Below, piece after piece: positions 21,474-24,228 of a stretch of DNA of 24,228 bases; position 1 is the first letter of the stretch, and every line of letters begins with the position of its first letter. The position numbers and the translations under genes are program-made. The stretch spans positions 1 to 24,228 of the forward strand of contig NW_021836485.1 in the NCBI RefSeq assembly GCF_006345805.1, written 5' to 3'. The notes under the pieces are model-generated. The model searched no databases. It was not told the origin of the DNA and saw only the letters and a list, made by a program, of their open reading frames with translations. Origin of the DNA: Octopus sinensis (Eukaryota).

Positions 21474-21590
21474 AAGCTTGCTTCCCAACCACATGGTTCC
21501 GGGTTCTTCCACAATAACAACGGGCCGAACAAAGCCTTGTGAGCGGATTTGGTAGACGGAAGCTGAAAGAAACACGTCGTGTGTGTATAT

Positions 21591-21622
<32 letters not shown>
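21474..21622 (+). mobile_element. Internally deleted family B SINE 5' fragment
   Basis: GCTTGCTTCCCAACCACATGGTTCCGGGTTC...AAAGCCTTGTGAGCGGATTTGGTAGACGG. Confidence 0.8.
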
Positions 21623-21645
21623 TCAAATCACAAATAAGACTTAAG

Positions 21646-21676
<31 letters not shown>

Positions 21677-21714
21677 GTATATATATATATGTATATATGT
21701 ATATATATTATATA

Positions 21715-21757
<43 letters not shown>

Positions 21758-21764
21758 GATAGAT

Positions 21765-21800
<36 letters not shown>

Positions 21801-21832
21801 TAGATATAGATATATAGATATATATAAATATA
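21646..21832. repeat. (TA)n/(GATA)n microsatellite
   Basis: Direct reading. Confidence 0.95.
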
Positions 21833-21935
21833 TAGGGTTAGGTTTAGGGTTAGTGTTAGGGTTAGGTGTTAGGGTTAGGGTTAGGGTTAGGGCTAGGGTT
21901 AGGGGTTAGGGGTTAGGGTTAGGGTTAGGGTTATA

Positions 21936-21968
<33 letters not shown>

Positions 21969-22531
21969 ATAGGGTTTAGGGTTAGGGTTAGGGTTAGGGT
22001 TAGAGGGTTAGGGTTAGGGTTAGGGTTAGGGATTAGGGTTGAATGTTTAGGGTTTAGGGTTAGGGTTAGGGGTTAGGGTTAGGGTTAGTGTTAGGGTTAG
22101 GGGTAAGGGTTAGGTTTAGGGTTTGGGTTAGTGTTAGGGTTTAGGGTTTGGGTTAGTGTTAGGGTTTAGGGCTTTTGTTAGGGATAGGGTTCGGGTTAAA
22201 GGTTAGGGTTAGTGTTAGGGTTAGGGTTAGGGTTAGGGTTAGGTTTAGGTTTAGGGTTAGGATTAGGGCTAGGGTTTAGGGTTAGGGTTCATGGTTAGGG
22301 TTAGGGTTAGCGTTAGGGTTAGGGTTAGGGTTAGGGGTTAGGGTTAGGTTTGTGTTAGGGTTGTGTTAGGGTTAGGGTTAGATTTAGGGGTTAGGGTTTT
22401 TGTTAGAGTTAGTGGTTAGGGTTAGGTTTAGGGTTTGGGTTAGTGTTAGGGTTTAGGGTTTTTGTTAGGGTTAGGGTTCGGGTTAGAGGTTATGGTTAGT
22501 GTTATGGTTAGTGTTAGGGTTAGGGTTAGGG

Positions 22532-22572
<41 letters not shown>

Positions 22573-22997
22573 GGTTAGGGTATAGGGTTTAAGGTTAGGG
22601 TTAGGGTTAGGGTTAGAGGGTTAGGTTAGGGTTAGAGGGTTAGGGTTAGGGTAAGGGTTAGAGTTAGAGTTAGGGATTAGGGTTGAATGTCTAGGGTTTA
22701 GGGTTAGGGTTAGGGTTAGGGGTTAGGGTTAGGGTTAGTGTTAGGGTTAGGGATTAGGGTTAGGTTTAGGGTTTGGGTTAGTGTTAGGGTTTAGGGTTTT
22801 TGTTAGGGTTAGGGTTCGAGTTAGAGGTTAGGGTTAGTGTTAGGGTTAGGGTTAGGGTTAGGTTTAGTGTTAGGGTTGTGTTAGGGTTAGGGGTTAGGGT
22901 TAGGTTTAGGGTTTAGGTTAGTGTTAGGGTTTAGGGTTTTTGTTAGGTTTAGGGTTCGAGTTAGAGGTTAGGGTTAGTGTTAGGGTTAGGGTTAGGG
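21833..22997 (+). repeat. Degenerate interstitial telomeric array (TTAGGG)n, about 1.16 kb
   Basis: TTAGGG units with TTAGTG, TTTAGGG, TTAGGGG and TTCGGG variants. Non-telomeric DNA on both sides. Confidence 0.95.
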
Positions 22998-23161
22998 TAT
23001 TACTGTATTGAACAATTACAAGCCGGTGAGTAATATGTAATTTCTAATTATCCATATCGTCACTTTTGAGTTTCCTCGTCGACACGCCACGATGCGACAG
23101 TATAGGCATGTTGTGTTTGTTTCCTTTTGTGGCCTGGTCTTTTCTCGAATGTCTATAGGCT

Positions 23162-23267
23162 CTGCTACTGCTGCTTTTCCTCCAACTCCTCCTCCTTTTA
23201 CCACTACTATTACTACCACTAATACTACTCCATCTACTGCTACTGCTGCTGCTGCTGCTGTTGATGG

Positions 23268-23316
<49 letters not shown>
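23162..23316. repeat. Compound trinucleotide repeats (CTG/CCT/ACT/GAT)
   Basis: Direct reading. Confidence 0.9.
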
Positions 23317-23318
<2 letters not shown>

Positions 23319-23408
23319 CAACGAAGAAGAGTGTCGGATAAAGTAGACACGTCGAGAACAATGCAACATTTTGTGCCCATCTTTATATGAAACGTGTGTT
23401 TGTGTGTG

Positions 23409-23449
<41 letters not shown>

Positions 23450-23765
23450 TGTGTGAGCGCGTGTGTGATTCGAGAAAAATTTGGTTGCTATTTCCAGCAA
23501 ATGTAATGACCACACAGCGATTTCCCCGTCGTCTCGTCAGCCATTTAACGTGGTCTGAATGTGTGGGTGAAGACGCCGGATAAAATGGTTTGTGTGTTAT
23601 AACACTCATCATGTATTAATCTATCAAAACAGTTTCATTTTTGTTTCATTTTCCTGGAACGGGTAGGAGGGAGGTGGAGCGAGGGGTAGGGATCTCTGAA
23701 ACATTGACTTCTATAATACACTTGTTGATACGGCAACGCTTAAACAGAAAGAGCGATTTTAAAAC

Positions 23766-24185
23766 TACAGAGTAATTCTGGTCTACGTACGGCATATAAC
23801 CCCTCATAACTAAAAAGATTTTGCTGCGTTTTAAGGGCTATTTAGCTATTATTTTTAGCACATCTCATGACCACCTCATACCCTCCTCGTGTGTTTGTTA
23901 GTATGACGTATTGATGTTTTTCCATATCTTTCTCCCCATACACACATTTAATGCTGAGATTTATTGCTGAGATGTAAGCTAAAAATTCGGACTGTTCATA
24001 TTTTAAACTGTGATTTAAAAAAAACTCTCTTTTTTCTTTTTTTTTTTTTTAGCCTCGTGAATTCCTGTGTATAGAATACAAATTCGCGAAAATTTTCTGA
24101 AAATTCAAAAAAAATAAAAGTAGTTATGAGGGGTTGTATGCCGTGCGTAAGGCAGAATTCCGCCGAGTGGTCGACTCCCTATGTA
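23766..24185. mobile_element. MITE-like element with 39-bp inverted repeats
   Basis: 23774-23812 vs reverse complement of 24121-24159, 34/39 identical. Outer ends are TACAG... and ...TGTA but asymmetric. Confidence 0.65.
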
Positions 24186-24228
24186 ATAACAGATAAGAAA
24201 ACCTTAGCTTTATAAACAATATTTCGTG

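Noticed and set aside
23016-23612. 198-aa ORF with poly-S/poly-A tracts
   Set aside because: Built from trinucleotide and (CA)n repeats, with no recognisable domain.

Overview
Eukaryotic, AT-rich, microsatellite-saturated DNA. The tRNA/CORE-type SINE families, (TTAGGG)n and repeat style point to a coleoid cephalopod, most likely Octopus (my recognition, not a database result). I can support no intact protein-coding gene, and nearly all long ORFs in the track are microsatellite artefacts. The window is a mosaic of SINEs, MITEs and decayed transposons: two Penelope-like GIY-YIG relics, a Tc1-type transposase relic with D-36-E spacing, a hAT (GTF2IRD2/Buster-like) relic, an L1/Tx1-like 3' end and RTE fragments. 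It also holds a 1.16-kb internal telomeric array with higher-order structure. The most notable signal is a set of self-cleaving ribozyme folds. (i) An HDV-like nested double pseudoknot (4055-4244) has its predicted cleavage site at the 5' boundary of a ~555-bp non-coding element that ends in an RTE-like 3' tail, i.e. a candidate ribozyme-headed non-autonomous retroelement inserted in (TG)n. (ii) An intact-looking minimal type I hammerhead (6208-6270, minus) lies in an ORF-less AT-rich element. (iii) Decayed hammerheads lie downstream of both Penelope-like relics. A duplicated minus-strand donor-intron-acceptor-ATG module (11720-12150 and 15975-16145) hints at a duplicated host gene.
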